From Lophium mytilinum (lineage: Eukaryota), in assembly GCA_010093605.1 (NCBI GenBank), contig MU004183.1, forward strand, positions 2,294,001-2,358,000: a DNA stretch of 64,000 nucleotides. The letters run 5' to 3'. The position numbers and the translations under genes are program-made. The notes beneath the pieces are model-generated. The model made no database searches and was not told the origin of the DNA. It saw nothing but the letters and a program-made list of their open reading frames with translations. Positions 37,673 to 49,812 of the stretch are shown one piece after another (the first letter of the stretch is position 1; every line of letters starts with the position of its first letter).

Positions 37673-39782
37673 ATGGCTCTCAAAAATGCGATGGCCAGTT
37701 TCCACCACACTATGGGCGAAACTCCCTGGGTTAAAGCTGGTTTGGTGGTTTTGGTGCTTTATAGCATCTACCGGATTCTTCAAATTGGTAAACGAGACAA
37801 GCGCATGCCTCCGGGGCCCCCAACAATCCCATTGCTTGGTAATCTCCATCAAATTCCTATCACAGGGTTGTATAAGAAGTATGCAGTACCATTCGTCAAG
37901 TGCGCAATGGTAGAGTAGCCGGCTAATTCATGGTAGGATGAGGGACTGGGGTGAGAAGTACGGGGGCATATACTCGCTGAAGTTCGCGTCTTCCAATGTC
38001 ATTGTCCTATACGACCGCAAGGCCATCCATGAGCTTGTTGACAAAAGGGGATTGCTCTACGCCGAACGACCACACAGTTATGTCACCAACTTGGTGACAC
38101 ATGGTGACAGTCTAATCTGGCAAGACCATCATGAGAAGCAGAAAGTAAAACGCAAGATTACTACACACAACTTCTCGGTTCGTTGGCGATTTCCAATGTT
38201 AGGAAGCGGGCTACCACTGACGTAAATGATCAGCCATTAATTCTTGATGAAAAGGTTGCGCCAGTGCAGGATGCCGAGTAAGCTGACTTTCTTCAGCCCT
38301 GAGTCTATGCTGTTGCGGCGGGTTTTGGTTATTTAACCCCCTTAGCTCGTCACCTGCTGACACTATTATTCGACAGAGTCACGGTTTTGCTGAACGACCT
38401 GCTGGAGAGACCACGAGATATCTACTACCACATGAGGCGATTGACTTCGTCTATCGCGACTATTCTTGTGTTTGGCCAACGCGCAACGACGTATGAGGAC
38501 TTCTGGGGTCACGTAGGCTCGCATCTTCCCCTGTGTGCCTATTAATATCTAACGGGAAATAGTGTGTGTACGACGCCTTGGACCGGGTACGTTAATGCGC
38601 TTGCCAACCTGAAAGCTGATGCTAACAAGGTCACTCGCTTAGTTTGGTGAAGCACTCGAGCCTGGTGCCAACCCACCAGTGGATGAGTTTCCTTTTTTGA
38701 AGTACATTCCCCTCTTTCTGGCACCGTGGAAAAGACGCGCCATCTATGCCGGAGATGTCATGAACAAAATCTGGGCTGAGGCGCGCAAGCGTGTTGATGA
38801 TCGACGGGCGCGGGGCGACATTCGTACCTCTCTTGGTTCGCTGGCTGACAAGCTTCTGGACGAGTATGCGGAGAAGGGAACGAACCTTGGAAAAGATGAG
38901 TTGGATCATTTCTTCGGATTGCTGGTTGAAGGCGGTGCCGAAACTACTTCCTCGACCATGCTGACGCTCGTGCTGTGTCTCGCCTTGAACCCTCGAGTCC
39001 AGATCAAAGCCAGGAAAGAGCTGGATGCTGTGTGCGGATCGGAACGGTAAGTGTCTGCCCGACGTCGAATTCGGCCGCAGAAGTCTTTTAACACGCTGTT
39101 AGAATGCCAGAGTGGTCTGACTTTGCTCGGCTCCCATACATCAACTCCATCATTAAGGAAGGCATGCGGTGGCGCCCAGCGTGAGTTTGACACAGCAGAG
39201 ACTGCTAATGAATGCTAAAGAGATGTAGCGTCCCTCTTGGCATCCCGCACCGCGTCGCTGCGGATGACTACTACGAGGGCATGTTGATCCCCAAGGACTC
39301 GACCATCTTCATGCCCACCTGGGCTCTTCAACACGCCGAGCATCTTGGCTACGACGAGCCGTATGCCTTCAAACCCGAGAGGTACGCAAAACACACGAAA
39401 CTGGCGAACGACTACGCGGGAGGCGCAGATTACAACAATCGAGATAAGTATTGACTGGCCTGGATACTCTGGACGTTTAGCTGACGGTTTCGCACATCAC
39501 TATGGATACGGAACTGGGCGCCGCATGTGTCCTGGGATCCACCTCGCGGAACGGACTCAATGGCGCATTGCAGCCAAGCTGCTGTGGGCATTCGAGATCC
39601 TTCCCGGAGTGGACAAGACGACTGGAAAACCGGTGAACTTGGACCCGAACGCGTACGTCGAAGGTCTTCTCCACGGGCCAGCGCCTTTCGAGGTCATATT
39701 CAAACCGCGGAGTCAGGCGCATGTAGACGTAATAACACGCGAGCTGGCCAGCGCCAGGAAGTTCCTCGAGCCATATGAGTAA
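37673..39782 (+). CDS. cytochrome P450 B, CYP619-like, paralogue of P450 A (multi-exon)
   Basis: PPGPPTIPLLGNLHQIP, LEPGANPPVDEF, EGGAETT, KEGMRWRP, FKPERY, HYGYGTGRRMCPGIHLAERT; shares intron positions with P450 A. Confidence 0.92.
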
Positions 39783-41127
39783 GGAAGGGGAACATTCCCA
39801 CTAGCGAGGCCAGCAAGTTCCTCGTAGAGAGATCCAGCTCTCTAGGCCTGAGCCAGTCATGGTCATCTCTTGGCCTATTGAACTTAGTTTGGCGCAGATC
39901 GGCGAGATGATACATCCAAGAGTAGCTAGAATACTCTGGAACAGTCGATACTCGACTTCACCAAGACTATCGAATTTGGGGTTAAACACTGACTGTCTGA
40001 TGCTGACTCCCGTGGTGATTCCATGCGGTGCCCCGCAGCAATCAGGCATGCAACCTTCTCCCTAGCTTGTTCATGATGGATGCTGGTGCGTGTGAGGTGT
40101 ACGGTGTGAAGTGTGCGTGAAGATGACCCGTAATCCACCCGGAGTCATTGGCTTCGAAGTTGACGCTTGCAGGCCCCACGGATGAATTGCGCTTGCTACC
40201 TAGTGTTAGCTCGTTTTGCATTACGGTCGACATTGATTTCTTTCCTGCCCAGCACGCTTACTCGGCACGGGTATCTTTCTAATCTGCTACGGTCAGCTGG
40301 TTCCCTTGGGATACTTAGACATCAAACAATACAATCCTCTGCCACCCATAGTTCCACCGAACCTCATCACCGCCATTGCGGTTTTTGCCGCAGGGAATTA
40401 GAGTTGTTCCAGCAGACAGGGGAGCTGAGCATCCCCACGGGGAAACGTCAGGGTTCCCCGCAGAGCTTCAGGCTGAGACGATTTTGGTTGGTCCGCTAAA
40501 ACGCCCGGTAGAGTGAAAGAGGGTCGGTCCCTACGAAGATCCCGCGTTCCTCAATCAGCTAGGCTATATTCGACTAGCTGGGTACTCGGACCTCACACGA
40601 CACGTGTCAGGCACGTTGCATCGTGGTGGATGTCTTCTAGCTTTCTCCTTATCTTGACTACTAACCAGCCAGCCTTCAACTCCGCTGCATCAACGCGACC
40701 TAGGAATCGCACATGCGGCTCCATTCGGTGCTCGGCTGGACCGTCGACGTGGCTGTCATGGAGACGTTGAAAAACCTAGTCTGTCTCTAGGTAAGAGGAG
40801 CCGTCGGTCGGTTTGGGGCTTGCTAATGGGTAGTTCCCCCGTAGAGCTGCTGCAACCTATCGGCCAGATGATCGCTGGCCGCCAAGGGCCGCATGACCTG
40901 GGAAAGGCGCAAGTTCTGGGTAAGCCTCGAGCTTTTCCAATTAAGCATACATGCTTTCTGCCGCGGAGCCTTCCATCTGCGGGGACTTCAAATTCGACCA
41001 CTCCCCCGTCTGCACCGTCCCGAGACTCTCTCGTCTGCTCGCAGTCGCGCACCAGGCCCGCCGCAACGGACACGACCAGCCAGATTGAGCACCTTTGCAG
41101 CGCCATTCTCCGTGGCCCCGATCCAAG

Positions 41128-43859
41128 ATGCAGACAGGTACCCAGGATGCGATCGCGGTGATGACTGCCAGTGTGTCGGATCTGTCTTGTGGGCCGTGCC
41201 GGAGGTGAGTTGACGACCGCGCAACCTTCGCCCTTCAAATCCTCGCGGCCATGTCGCTAACATGCGACATGACAGACGAAAAGCGAAATGGTGAGCACTG
41301 GCCTTCAAGAAGTCTCGGTATGTGTCTAGAGAACGACAGTAACACCCGTATGACAGTGATCGCACACTCCCATCATGTCGGCTCTGTCTCAAGGCCACGG
41401 AGCCATGCATCTACCCACTCAAACGTGGCCGGCCTGGGCCCAAGACCGGTAACTCTCCGTCAGGTATTGGTGGTACGAACCGATTGCTTACATCTTCGCG
41501 ACAGGCTCGACGCAGAAGAGGCCACGGCGGGCAAGGAAGACCAGAACCCCAGATCCACGCGCACCATCACGGGTCGAAGGGCAAGCAGGTTCGTCCACCG
41601 AGGCTCCAAGTGACCGCCGGTCTGTTGGCGTGGAGAGCTCGGTGTTTTCTGATGCTCAGACCGCGGGAACCGACCTCTCGTCGCAGTCATTTCGACCCGA
41701 ACCGTCAACAGCTACGACTTTCAGCACCTACGCTGACACGTCAAATGCTTCCAAGCGTGCGGCTGCAACCCAACCAGTACATGAAGGCGCTCGGCGAGTG
41801 AGTCCGACGGGCGGAGGCGATGCACCTGTCTTCTGGGACCCCCTCGTGCCGGATCCCTTCAATGGTCCTACGACCCATTCAGACGCGATGCTGCATACGT
41901 ACCACTCCCTCAACATCTCCCCGAACACGCTACAGCAACTGTGAGTATAGTTTTAAGTTGAAATTCTGGGTCTAATCTTAGACCCGCTCGCACAGTTCCT
42001 GGATGCAAGCTAATGACTGTCTAATCAGTCTCGACTCCTATTTTGCAAATATGACGACGTTTTCCCTCTTTCACCAGCCCACCTTCAATGAGAAGATCCG
42101 GACCATCGGGCCTTCACTCTTACTCAACGCACTCCTGGCATCCATGTTCTCCTTTTCCGGCCGGTTCGAGATGCAAGACACAAGCTCCACGCAAATGGAT
42201 CCGGCCAACGAACTCCCGAGTGACATCCCGTGCGGCGACCACTTCCACCAGCTCGCACTGCGTTTTGAGGAGGAGATGCTAACCATTCTCTCGGACGAGA
42301 CGCCACCCCTGGCCTTTCTCCAAGCCGTCGTCCTGACGACCTTCTTCCAGCTGACCAAAGGCGTGCACGGTCGCGCCTGGCGATGGCTCGGAACCTGTAT
42401 CCGGGTCGCGTACGAGCTGAACTTACATCTCATCGACTCGAACTCGCCTGAGGAGCACGTGCCGTCAACGGCCGAGGAACTGCGGGCGTGGACTGTGGCC
42501 GAAGAGGGTCGCCGCTGCTGGTGGGCCATCTGGGAAATGGATGCTTTTGCCAGCACCATCCGGCGTGTGCCCACCGGCATTAGCTGGCCGCGGAACCAGA
42601 CATATCTGCCTGTCGAGGATCGGCTGTGGTTCGAGTCGAAGTACCACGCGAGCTGCCGCCTCCCAGTCAAACCATCTGATCGCTGGAAACGGCTCCAAGA
42701 GCGTGGCAACGAGTCCCACGCAGCCTGGTACATCGTGGTGACTTCGCTGATGCAAGAGGCACAAGTGCTGGCAAATATGGAGGGATGCCTGGAGCGGGTG
42801 CATCCCTCGACGTCGCCGTTTGCGCGTCGCGGCAGCCACGAGAGCAGTGTGGCCGACGACCTGAAGGTGATTGCACACGCGTTGCAGTGCACGTTATTGG
42901 CACTGCCCCAGGTGTTGCAGTATCACAACGAGCCGTTGAGCTTTGTGTCGCTGGACTCGTCCGAGATCGGTGGTACTCGAAGACTGCACAGTGCCAAGTA
43001 CAGCATCTATCTCATGGCCCAGATGACGCGCTTCATGATCTGCCACCACTACACGTTTGGTGGGCCGTCTTGCGCCTCGGATAGGATCGCTGGGCCGCCT
43101 GAAGACCACCCCGGCTTGGGCTTGCTATGCACGACGCGGCCGCCCAACGCAAACGGCCTTGAGCACTACGCCGAAGCGGTCGACAACATTGTGCTGCTGC
43201 TTCATCGCAGCTCCGCCGTACACATCCGCTACGTCAACCCCTTTCTCGCCACTATCATCTGGCTCGCGGCCGCGGTGCAGCTCATGCACAAGAAATTCGG
43301 CCCTTCAACCGCCAACCGCGACTTGGTTGACGTTAAGCTGGACGTCTTACGCCTTACCTACAAGCAGTTTGTCAAGTTTTGGAGCGCGCCCATCGGTCTC
43401 CTCCATGCCCTCGACTCGTTGGAAACGCACTTCGACCGCCTTATTGATCCCGAGTCTGTAAGCCGTTTACCCGTCCAGCATCGCCGTCGAGCTTCGGCAC
43501 TCGACAGTCTCGATGCTAGCCTCCCTGACGCGTCGACATCCCACGGCCCCGGATATAAGAGCAGCCGGACCCAGCCCAACCTGACCGGCTCCGGGGTTAA
43601 TCCCATGATGGTGTCTGACAAAGGTGGTTCACGTCCCATGGATGGTAACGAGAGCAGCAACAACGCCTTAGGCGATCATGCAAACCCTCATTTACCTACG
43701 AACCATCCGATGCGCATACCACCGAGCGCGGACCCGATGTTGGACGACATGAACTTTGCAGCAGTAGACTTTGATTTCGGCGACGATTCCGACCTTCCCC
43801 TGTGTCTGGACGGCTTGCTTTTCGGGTCCTATGCTGAGGGCACCGGCCCGGTTGGGTGA
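41128..43859 (+). CDS. Zn(II)2Cys6 transcription factor with fungal-specific middle domain
   Basis: Spliced zinc cluster CGPCRR|RKAKC|DRTLPSCRLCLKATEPC; middle region AWRWLGTCIRVAYELNLH..EEGRRCWWAIWEMDAF. Confidence 0.9.
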
Positions 43860-44794
43860 TGAGTAGTGCGGCGGGAAAATGTAATTTTTGACGTGCACGT
43901 GAAACATGCTGTCACGGCGTTGTGAAGAATGAGAATGAGAAAGTTGTGGTGGGCCCCCTTTTCACAACGATCTCGACTGGGAAAAGTAAGAGGCTTATGC
44001 ATGAGATGGAGGATGGATGAGCCATTAGCAGTGGTATGTCTCCTGCATTTGTTAAACCGTGGGGAGTTCGCTGACGTCGCCCTAGGCGTACGGCACGACG
44101 GTGTAAGCTGGACACTCGGTCTTTCCGAGACAGTTTCTAGCGCGCATTTAATTGAAAGCTTCCATAGCCCGGCAGCGGTCGAAGGCGCCGGAAGTCCTGA
44201 CGAATGGGACTGGGAAAATTACACTCGGACTGCGATAGGTCAGGGACCGACTTATTTGAGTAGACTGTTGGCATTCTGTCTTTCATCTCGCTATTGCGCT
44301 AAGAGGAGACTAAGTGAAAAAGTCTTGAGACCTGAGTATTCGACATGGCGTGGAAGGACTCGATGAGTCGCAAGCCACGAAGGTGGTATGGGGGTGCGTT
44401 TCTGACAAGATTGAGATCGGAGTATAGGTAGGAGCTTAAGCAGTCCCTTCTATGAATGGGCTGGGATCGTAATCTCATATAGTAAAGCTAGTACTCGGCG
44501 TCGCCGCTCACCGAAGGCCCCCTCAAGGCTGAGTCTCGAGGCTGCGGCGAGCAGGCTTGGCCTAATGCATGATCTTGGCATCTAAAAGACTTAGGGACGC
44601 CTAAGGCAATCTTGATAGGAGCACTTTAGCTTGCTGCACTGCGAATGTGCGTAACCCAAGATTTGGGAAACAGGAGTGTAGAAATTCGTGAAATGATTTT
44701 GGGTAGTGAAGAGAGCGAGGAGAGCCTTGCGAGAAATTCCCGAGCACGAAGAAAAAGCGTTCCTACATCAATTCCGTCAATGGGAAGTACCTAA

Positions 44795-46967
44795 TCAGCG
44801 TACAGTGAAGTCGTCCAGCTCATCGGAAGTGTCTGAGAAATCATCGTCTGGGAAACGACAACATATCCCGCAGAAAATTGGGTTGGTGCTAGCAGTGATG
44901 GATACCACCAATGCGGACGCAGTTGGACGTGACTGCTGATCTACCGATAGCATTTGCTGGACCCACGCTATAGGCCGATTGTCGCATAGATCTGGCTTTT
45001 CTTCGAGCTCTGCAAGAAGTTCTTGCAAGGCAGTGGGGTTCGTGCGGACGAAATGTCCTTGAGATCCGTGCTCTTTCAAAAACTCGTACATATACTCGAC
45101 TTTTAGCCCTTTAAGAACCACAACCATCTCGAGGAAGACAACTCCAAGGCTCCAGATATCGGACGACGTGTTTCGAGGCTCGTGCAACATAACCTCCGGC
45201 GCGCAGTACTTCGGAGTCATCCCGTTCGCCATGCTAACCGTTGTGCTTCCATCAGCATCTGTGAAGTCCAACGAAAGCCCGAAATCGGTGAACAGGACTT
45301 TTCCCTGCTTCACCAGGATGTTTTGCGGTTTGATGTCCTTGTGGCGAATGTTTTGCGAATGCAGATACTCGAGTGCCGTGACTAGACAGCCAAGAAACGT
45401 GCGCAGGTCCGGAGTCTTGACTGCCTCGATCCGCGCAAGGTAGGTGGATAGGTCCATATCTGCCACGGGTGACATGATCAAGCCCATATATCGTGGATCA
45501 GTGTAGCTTCCAACAAAATCGACGATGTGGATGTGCTCCAAGCGTTTCAGGATTTGAATTTCAGCAATGAACTGGTTCATGGCTTCTGTTCTTCGCCCGC
45601 CAAACATAGCGGCCCGAGGCACTTGTTTCCTGGCGTACTCACGGAAGCTGATTGAGCTGAGAACCTTATCTACTTGGCCAAAACCACCGGAGCCTAGGGT
45701 CCCCTTGGTCTCAAAAGGCAAAGGCTCGCCGCGTCGGAAGTGGCAGTGTTGGCCCATTTGACCTTTCTCAAGATCTATGGACTTCGTCAGAACCAGATCC
45801 TGGGCATCCACGAACTTCGAGCGATAACTTGGACGGAGACAGTGTGGAAGACTTCTCTCGGTCACGGGAAACCAGTAATCGGAGAACCCAAGGTCAACGA
45901 AGCTATCAAGAATATCGAGGCAGTTGATAGTTCGGAGCACGATATACGTTCGCGGAATAGTGCTCCAGCGCGGATTCACCATCTTCAAAATCGATGAGAT
46001 CTCGTATATTTCTGAATCGGTGTATGGGGCTCGACGTCCGGTGCCCTGCTGAAACAATGCACCTAGGCGACCTTGAGCTACCTCCGTAGTGCTTTGTATG
46101 ATACTTAGCGGGAAAACGATATCTGGAATCGATGAGATCTCGTTGGCGTTTGAAGCGGTGTATGGGGCTCGAAATCCAGTGCCTTGCGGGGATAACGCGC
46201 TTAAGCGACCCTGAGCTATCTCTGCCGTTTCTACGAAGTCTGGCGAAGAATCGAAATCCATCAACTTCTGTAGCAGGATCTTGGAACGAACTGTATCCTT
46301 GTGTTCTTTCCCTAGGGTCTTCTCGCGTCCTTGTATTACCTGATGATATAGCTCTTCTGCCTCGNNNNNNNNNNNNNNNNNNNNNNNNNNNNNNNNNNNN
46401 NNNNNNNNNNNNNNNNNNNNNNNNNNNNNNNNNNNNNNNNNNNNNNNNNNNNNNNNNNNNNNNNNNNNNNNNNNNNNNNNNNNNNNNNNNNNNNNNNNNN
46501 NNNNNNNNNNNNNNNNNNNNNNNNNNNNNNNNNNNNNNNNNNNNNNNNNNNNNNNNNNNNNNNNNNNNNNNNNNNNNNNTCTTCTCGCGTCCTTGCATTG
46601 CCTGATAATATAGCTCCTGTGCCTCGACGTCCTTCTTTTGGTCATAGAGGCAGTGTGCTAGCCAGTGCTTACTACTAAAAGTGTCTCTATGCTCTTTCCC
46701 TAGAACCTTCTCGCGTCCTCGTTCTACCTGTTGACATAGCGCTTCTGCCTCAGGGTACTTCTGCTGCAAAGAGAGTGTCCTTGCTAACCAGTCCTTGCTT
46801 TCCAACGTGTCTACATGCCTTTCGCCCAGGGCCTGTTCGCGTTCTTCTACCGACCGTCGGAACAGCTCCTCCGCCTCGGGCAATCTCTGCCGGAAGTACC
46901 TTTTCTTTCCTAAATTATACTTCTTTGCTCCTGGTCTATTGTCCAGAAGTGCTACTAGGCGTTCCAT
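44795..46967 (-). CDS. N-terminal TPR (42-aa, kinesin-light-chain type) repeats fused to a Ser/Thr kinase; spans the assembly gap
   Basis: AEELFRRSVEEREQALGERHVDTL, AEALCQQVERGREKVLGKEHRDTF and AEELYHQVIQGREKTLGKEHKDTV repeats; kinase GSGGFGQV, YARK, HKDIKPQN, DFG, YCAPE, DIWSLG. Confidence 0.85.
46365..46580. other. assembly gap (216 N) inside the 126-nt TPR array
   Basis: Run of N flanked by near-identical repeat units. Confidence 1.
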
Positions 46968-48033
46968 AGCAGCTCTTCATAGAGTCAACCAAGTTGCATA
47001 GAATGATCGAAATGGTTGTGTAGGAGTTTCCAAACAAGCCCTCGAGTCCTCTCGGGCTGGAAGCCCGGCCCTTCAAGCTCGATCGGAAGAGAGGTTGTGG
47101 TCCGTATCGTCGCCTTCAATATAATCAGTCAGTGTTGGTCAAGAGTCGCGGATGAGGCTTAAACATGGGAGGTAACTTACAATGGAACGAGCCGAGCGGT
47201 AGCGTCTCAAACCGCAATAGCGTCGGGCAAGGTCTCGTTGCGTCTAGGCGTAAGATGATCTAAACGATGCAAAGTTCCGCAAACCGCACTTGAGATAGAT
47301 TTGCGGATCGCTGGTAGATGTCTCGAGGTTGTATTTTGTGGAGCCTTACGCTCTGACGGAACGGCCCAGGTTGTGATGTTCAGCTGAACGAGTGCACAGC
47401 CCCGCGCCTGCAGCCAGCAAAGCTTCCCCGCCTATCAAGCGATATCACACGTGATCTCTTCAACTGATTTCGTGGAGCATAGCGACCCCGCATGCTTTTG
47501 ACCGCAGAAGCGACTGCGCTATGTGCACTTCCTAATTAGATAACCACGTTGCAGAGGTCAAGAAAGGGTTGGAGAATAACGAGGAGTGATTTTAAATAAT
47601 GAAAGGGGACTATGCTCGGATTTCCGAATTGGGACTGGTAATTAGCCAAGACAGCAGAGTATAGAAAGAGACGCCGCATGGCTGTACGCGTACTGTATAT
47701 ACAAGCAACGACGTGCGTAGATCTCTCGATAGGGACGCGAAGAATGTGTGAAATAGAGAGGAAGAGAGGCGGGATGGGAATATCGTAGGTTATGTGAAGC
47801 TTCTCCTAGATGTTTAACGACGTTATGAAAAGCGAAGAGAAAAGAAGAAGTGGCAAGGACATATGGTAAATAAGTCGTAACGATTTTGTTACATATACCG
47901 ACGAAGCGGAGGTATCAATCTTACAAGTACAGGCATAACAGCGTAAGAAGCGTGGACCCGTCTCCAATCCCACCCACAGCAACCTAGAGTTTCAAGCGAA
48001 CTAGAATTGCAGCCTCCATCTCAAGCCCCCCTT

Positions 48034-49812
48034 TTATACGCCCGAGTAGACAGCTGTGCAACCCCTTCCGCACTCAACTCTTTGCTCCAATTGCACTGTC
48101 CGCCCACCCACATTGACCTTGTTCTTTGGTGTAATCTGGAACCGATGCTGCTCCCCCTTCAGCTTCTTTTCGGCCCCAGCATCAAGGGGCTGTATATACA
48201 CCGGTTGTGCGACATTGTTTCTCTTTCCCGTGCCCAGCTGATAGTACTCGTTATTCCCGAAAAACAGAATATCCGCGCCCCAATTCGTATCATTCTCACT
48301 CGACCACTTGCTCGCAGCAAGATGCGTCACATTATCCATAACAGCTGCAGCATGATTCGCGCCAACACTGAAACGCGACAGTCGGATCGGAACGACACTG
48401 TTGGTCTTCTCGTCGTACTCGAAGAGGCCAGATAGAGAGGGTATTTTGGTAGGGGAGGTCTGAACATGCGTCCACCGACCTGTGCCCAATTGGCCCCAGA
48501 TGCCGTGGCCACAGGCGAGAGTGTCAGCTGTGACTTTGCCGACGGTCTTCAGATCCAGTTCGGAGGAGTCCGGGGATGCCATCTTTGTAGCATCGACGGT
48601 GAAAAAGGAAGATGAGCCGCCGGCGAACACGCCCTTGACGCTAGGTACCTGGCTTGTGCCAGCGTACAGCTTCTGGATGGGAAGGAGGGACGGCGCATCA
48701 ACAAATGTGCTATCAGCTGAGAAGTCGAAGCCTAGTTGGCCGTACGAGTTGTCGCCGAATGCAAAGACTCGACCTTCACGGTCGGCGGCGAGAGAGTGAT
48801 AGTCGCCTGCTGCGATTTGGGCAATGGAGAACCCACGGAGGGTGATTACTTCGTGGCATTGATCGTAAGCCCCTGGTGGGCGGGTTTGCCATGTCAGCCC
48901 GGGAATTCCCAGTTGGCCGCGGGCGGGGAAGTCTACCGAAGCAGAGGCGGCTGTGAAGAGACGGCCCGCGGAGCTCAGGAGGAGGGTATGTTCGAGGCCG
49001 GTTGCAACAGAGGTGATGCGCTCGCCGCGGGAGAGAGTGGGTGGAGTTAATGTGCGGTATGAGATGTCATTTGAAGAGGTCCAGAAAGCCCATGAGGAGG
49101 AAGAGGGTTTGGGTCCGGTCTCTTGCTCCTCCTGGGACGCGGGAATGGAGTAGACTGTGCCATTGGAGGACAGGGCCAGGATACGGTCGCGGGAGAGGTT
49201 TATAGACGTTAGACTTTTTCCACGTAGGGTCTTCGTAGGTTGAGCTGTGTCTTTCGAGAAACCGGTTCCCCACTGGAGTAGATCTCCCTTCTCGTCAATT
49301 GCCGCGGCGAAGGTCTTGTCCAGCTTGATGTCCCGGAGGAGCTTGCCGTCGAAGAAGGGTATCCTTCGTGGAGTCTTTATGAATGCCTCATCTGAATCCG
49401 GTGCCACAACCTTGCCCGCATTGGATCCCCATGCGTATACCCCGGGATTTTCCCAACTCTTCTTGACTTGTAGGTGCTGTGAGCTGATCAAAGCTCGATT
49501 GTCCTCCTTCGACGTGGCCTTCCTCCTGGCTTTCTCAAACTCGATCTCGGGTTCTTCTGGAGCTTCGGCGTGCGCATCTCGATATAGATTGCCCCCGCTG
49601 GCCCATTGAAGGACTGTGGCGAGAGCTCCGAGAGTGGTTACAGCTACGATGGAGCGGACAAAGTGGCGTTGACGGCGATGGGCGTAGGGGTGAATTGCGA
49701 TTCGAGTGTTGCTATTATTTCGGGTTCGAGTCGTAAATGTTCTCATACTGCTTGTTCGAGGGTTCTTGTAGATGCGAGGTCTAGCTCGGGGGAGACATCT
49801 TGTGGTGAGCAT
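48034..49812 (-). CDS. FMP25: mitochondrial RCC1/BLIP-II repeat protein, FMP25-like
   Basis: Presequence plus TM; HLQVKKSWENPGVYAWGSN; RCC1 repeats (ATGLEHTL, AAGDYHSL, FGDNSYGQLG, FFGNNEYYQLGTG). Confidence 0.85.
   Translation of the reverse strand: MLTTRCLPRARPRIYKNPRTSSMRTFTTRTRNNSNTRIAIHPYAHRRQRHFVRSIVAVTTLGALATVLQWASGGNLYRDAHAEAPEEPEIEFEKARRKATSKEDNRALISSQHLQVKKSWENPGVYAWGSNAGKVVAPDSDEAFIKTPRRIPFFDGKLLRDIKLDKTFAAAIDEKGDLLQWGTGFSKDTAQPTKTLRGKSLTSINLSRDRILALSSNGTVYSIPASQEEQETGPKPSSSSWAFWTSSNDISYRTLTPPTLSRGERITSVATGLEHTLLLSSAGRLFTAASASVDFPARGQLGIPGLTWQTRPPGAYDQCHEVITLRGFSIAQIAAGDYHSLAADREGRVFAFGDNSYGQLGFDFSADSTFVDAPSLLPIQKLYAGTSQVPSVKGVFAGGSSSFFTVDATKMASPDSSELDLKTVGKVTADTLACGHGIWGQLGTGRWTHVQTSPTKIPSLSGLFEYDEKTNSVVPIRLSRFSVGANHAAAVMDNVTHLAASKWSSENDTNWGADILFFGNNEYYQLGTGKRNNVAQPVYIQPLDAGAEKKLKGEQHRFQITPKNKVNVGGRTVQLEQRVECGRGCTAVYSGV

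Noticed and set aside
39444..39495. U12 (minor spliceosome) intron
   Set aside because: The donor is ATAAGT, not ATATCCTT, and the branch site is U2-like GCTGAC.
21127..43859. Patulin, yanuthone or terreic acid biosynthetic cluster
   Set aside because: The P450s look related, but no 6-MSA synthase, decarboxylase, cupin epoxidase or prenyltransferase is present in the window.
45906..46967. Apparent frameshift or two overlapping ORFs in the TPR-kinase
   Set aside because: The frame change falls in the N gap, whose length is 10 nt off a multiple of the 126-nt repeat.
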